A stretch of 64,000 nucleotides of DNA, from NCBI GenBank assembly GCA_051362555.1, contig CM120641.1, forward strand, positions 8,494,001 to 8,558,000, read 5' to 3'. Below the pieces are notes generated by a model. It saw only the letters and a program-made list of their open reading frames with translations, was not told the DNA's origin and made no database searches. A program made the position numbers and the translations under genes. This DNA is from Lingula anatina (Eukaryota > Animalia > Brachiopoda). Shown here in pieces: positions 61,301 to 64,000 of the stretch; position 1 is the first letter of the stretch; each line of letters begins with the position of its first letter.

Positions 61301-61612
61301 TCTTCGTGTTTTCTCTGACGCCCATCATCATGATTATGCATCCAAGAAGCGGAGCGATTTCCCTTATGTATAGGCTAAACTAATGAAACTTTTTGTTTTC
61401 AATGAAGTCAATGATACACCATTTGAAGTAAATTTGTCTTTTTGCTTTCCGCAAAAATAAGTTGTCAGTGGGGCTCTCTGTGTGGTAAATTATACTTTAT
61501 TCATATAGCACACGCGTCTTTTCGCGGCATCTGGTCCGTCTCATCCTTTGTCAGTGGAAATCATATCCGTATTGTATCAGGTTATTAGCTAATTTTCAAG
61601 CATAAGTGACGA

Positions 61613-61918
61613 CCAATCAAAAGGCGAGAAAATATCATAATTGAAGAGATTCTCTTGTTATGGTGAGCCTGAAGAACTGAAGTGCGCATGGACGGGGCTA
61701 TTTAAAGCCTTTCACTTTGTTCAAGGAAGAACATAATTTGGATGTAAGCGAGGAAAAACTTAGTTGCAGTGTCGGTCTGTGGTTTCATCCCTTTGTGTCT
61801 TTTTCTCACGGGTCTCCCCAGATCCCATTAAATCAGGAAAAAAGGGCGCGTGTCGCGTGGCTGCGTCACTGACCGTGCGTCTGAGATTACGTGCCTCGTT
61901 AGTACATTAAAGGTGAGT
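61613..61918 (+). promoter_or_regulatory. Candidate Pol II promoter and non-coding first exon of a downstream gene
   Basis: CCAAT 61613-61617, TATTTAAA 61699-61706, CpG-rich stretch, consensus donor AAG|GTGAGT after 61912; no coding exon identified before the window end. Confidence 0.4.
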
Positions 61919-62867
61919 GGATTTTTATGTACCGCAGCAATACATAGGTTATTTAACACTGCATTTTATGATTAATTTAATGAGTTGCGTGACAGAACGT
62001 TCTGTTACCGTAAGAAACTTTGTATCCTTAGGCAGTGCACGCAGAATATTGTCATTAAAATATGTTCATCACACAACTCCGATCTTTTTTTAAAGATGGT
62101 ACTTGGAAACTGCGTATATATGTGCTCCCGAGAAGCATTATTAAGGTCTACCGTGGGCTCACTGACTCTGTTTTACATAAGTAGTTTTCTTGAACAAACA
62201 AACTTGGTAACAAAAATTGGAAAGTAAAGTGGAAAGTAAACAAATGGGAGCTCTGAGTTGGACAATTATTTTTTAAATAAGTTATTATCATCATCACTGT
62301 CTTTTAAAACACAAATTAAAAAACCAAAACCCTGATTTCGTGAGTGCCAAATTGTTTTTAGACTGAGTCAGTATAAATAGTGTAAACTGCATGATTGAAG
62401 AATTATTTCGTACATGTAGTTGCTTTAGTTTACAAGCTTTGTATAAATCATGACAGTAAAAAACACAGTACAATATTCAGAGATTTGGAACTAATTTGCA
62501 TATTATGAAGATAATTATTATCATTATCAAAGCAGCCTTTAAAAAAAGAAAATGATAGTATAATTGAAACGCTGTTGACAATTTGGCTATTTTTCACTTA
62601 ACAGCCTACATTCCCAATTTTGAATTCTTAGGCCTCAATTATGGAGTTAGCCTTACAACTGTTTCACTTTTTGCTTAACAGTTACGACGATGAATACAAG
62701 TCTTAAGAAACCCTTAATGCATTCCTCTTGTAACGCCAAGTAACATTATACATGCGCAATACATTTTTTTGTCTAAAGACAATGGCGGGATCATGAGGCC
62801 AAGAAAACCCTGGGCATTAAATTATCCTCACCACCTGCTTTCGCGAACTGTATTTCAGGTGAAGAAG

Positions 62868-62902
<35 letters not shown>

Positions 62903-63530
62903 TAATCTTCGTGATTTTTTGCACCTGCTCAATTCAATTTTTCTATATTTTTTTCGTTCCCGTTTTATCTTGCTTGTACCGCTATACACTTATTAAGAAA
63001 AGACAAGAAAAATTGAAGAATACGATCATCGCGTGCAGACTGAGCGCTGTAGAACTTAGCCCTTTCGAATCATCTCCTAGGAGCATATGTTGACATTTTC
63101 ATCCATTTCTTTAGCACAGTTTGGAGGCGATGGCTCAGGGCTAATTTGTGAAAGATAATTAAACGCGGCAAATGAGACTCCTCTGCGTGAAGCATCAGCC
63201 TCGCCTTTCATACCTTCGATGCCTTGGTTCAAGACATTGTGCTGCAGGGGAAGAACACCGTATCACTCATTTACCGCGTGCAGCGTGTGCGCCTTCGACC
63301 GGGTCATTAAAATCTGTTCGATGTATGCGCAGCTCCCTAATGCAATTCCCTCTTTATTTGAGCAGATTGAAAAGAACATTAAGTACAAGCATGGCGTGAT
63401 GGATGGACGTCTCCAGATAATAAGACCTAATGAGGCTTTTGTTTCGCGAGAAAAAAATAAACAAATTGGTCCTTGGGGAAGCTAGGACTTGCTGTAATGT
63501 TAGGACCAATCCATCACAGCACTTCCACGA

Positions 63531-63534
<4 letters not shown>

Positions 63535-63568
<34 letters not shown>
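63535..63568. repeat. (CT)n microsatellite
   Basis: Direct reading. Confidence 0.95.
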
Positions 63569-63572
<4 letters not shown>

Positions 63573-64000
63573 GCATTTCCATATTTTTCATATTTCTCCC
63601 TTTCTCTTTTTTTTCTTGTGCAGTCGGAAAACTTAAACATACCAAGTCTATACACAAATGCCCATTCGCAAAAACACATACACACACCAAAGGGAAGGAG
63701 AACTTGAATGCTCTATGCATAATATCTACTAAAAAATCTACTAAAAAAAGCCAACATTGCCCTGCCTCAGTAAGTTGACTAGGTTATCAGCAATGTAGGA
63801 CATTTGATCGGCGAACAATAGCTATATTCATTGCAGCTAATGGAGTGACTAAGAACGGACGATGCATTTATTTTATTTCTGGGAAATGAAAAATAAGACA
63901 TCAGTCAACGAAGCTCTAATTAAGGAATGCCCCCAGACAATCTGGATCCACTGCAAGCGAGATAGCATCCTGAAAATGAACCGTGCAGTCTTAATTAGTT

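Noticed and set aside
60423-63778. Short ORFs in the last 4 kb
   Set aside because: No domain similarity or coherent exon chain; several are microsatellite translations.

Overview
AT-rich, intron-rich animal genomic DNA; the repeat types and gene content suggest an invertebrate, possibly a mollusc or other lophotrochozoan, but the taxon cannot be fixed from sequence alone. By hand-splicing GT-AG introns I recover four genes: DBR1 lariat debranching enzyme (+, 8 coding exons, 577 aa), an unrecognised coiled-coil gene (-, about 377 aa, containing two tandemly duplicated 87-nt exons), ARP3/ACTR3 (+, 11 coding exons, 418 aa, head-to-head with the unknown gene) and a large adhesion GPCR (+, at least 24 coding exons; EGF-like, pentraxin, HRM, GAIN with a non-canonical GPS, 7TM, PDZ-binding tail). 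The most structured region is DBR1 intron 5 (2680-10066). It holds two non-autonomous Helentron-type (HINE/DINE-1-like) elements carrying 146-bp tandem arrays rich in AGGTCA nuclear-receptor motifs, a nested TA-flanked palindromic MITE and a duplicated element head; the second element ends 20 nt before the splice acceptor and may supply the branch point. Also present are a 5'-truncated LINE with a 12-bp TSD, an older LINE relic, other MITE-like elements, microsatellites and an apparent CpG-poor to CpG-rich transition near 26 kb. All assignments are by eye; no searches were run.
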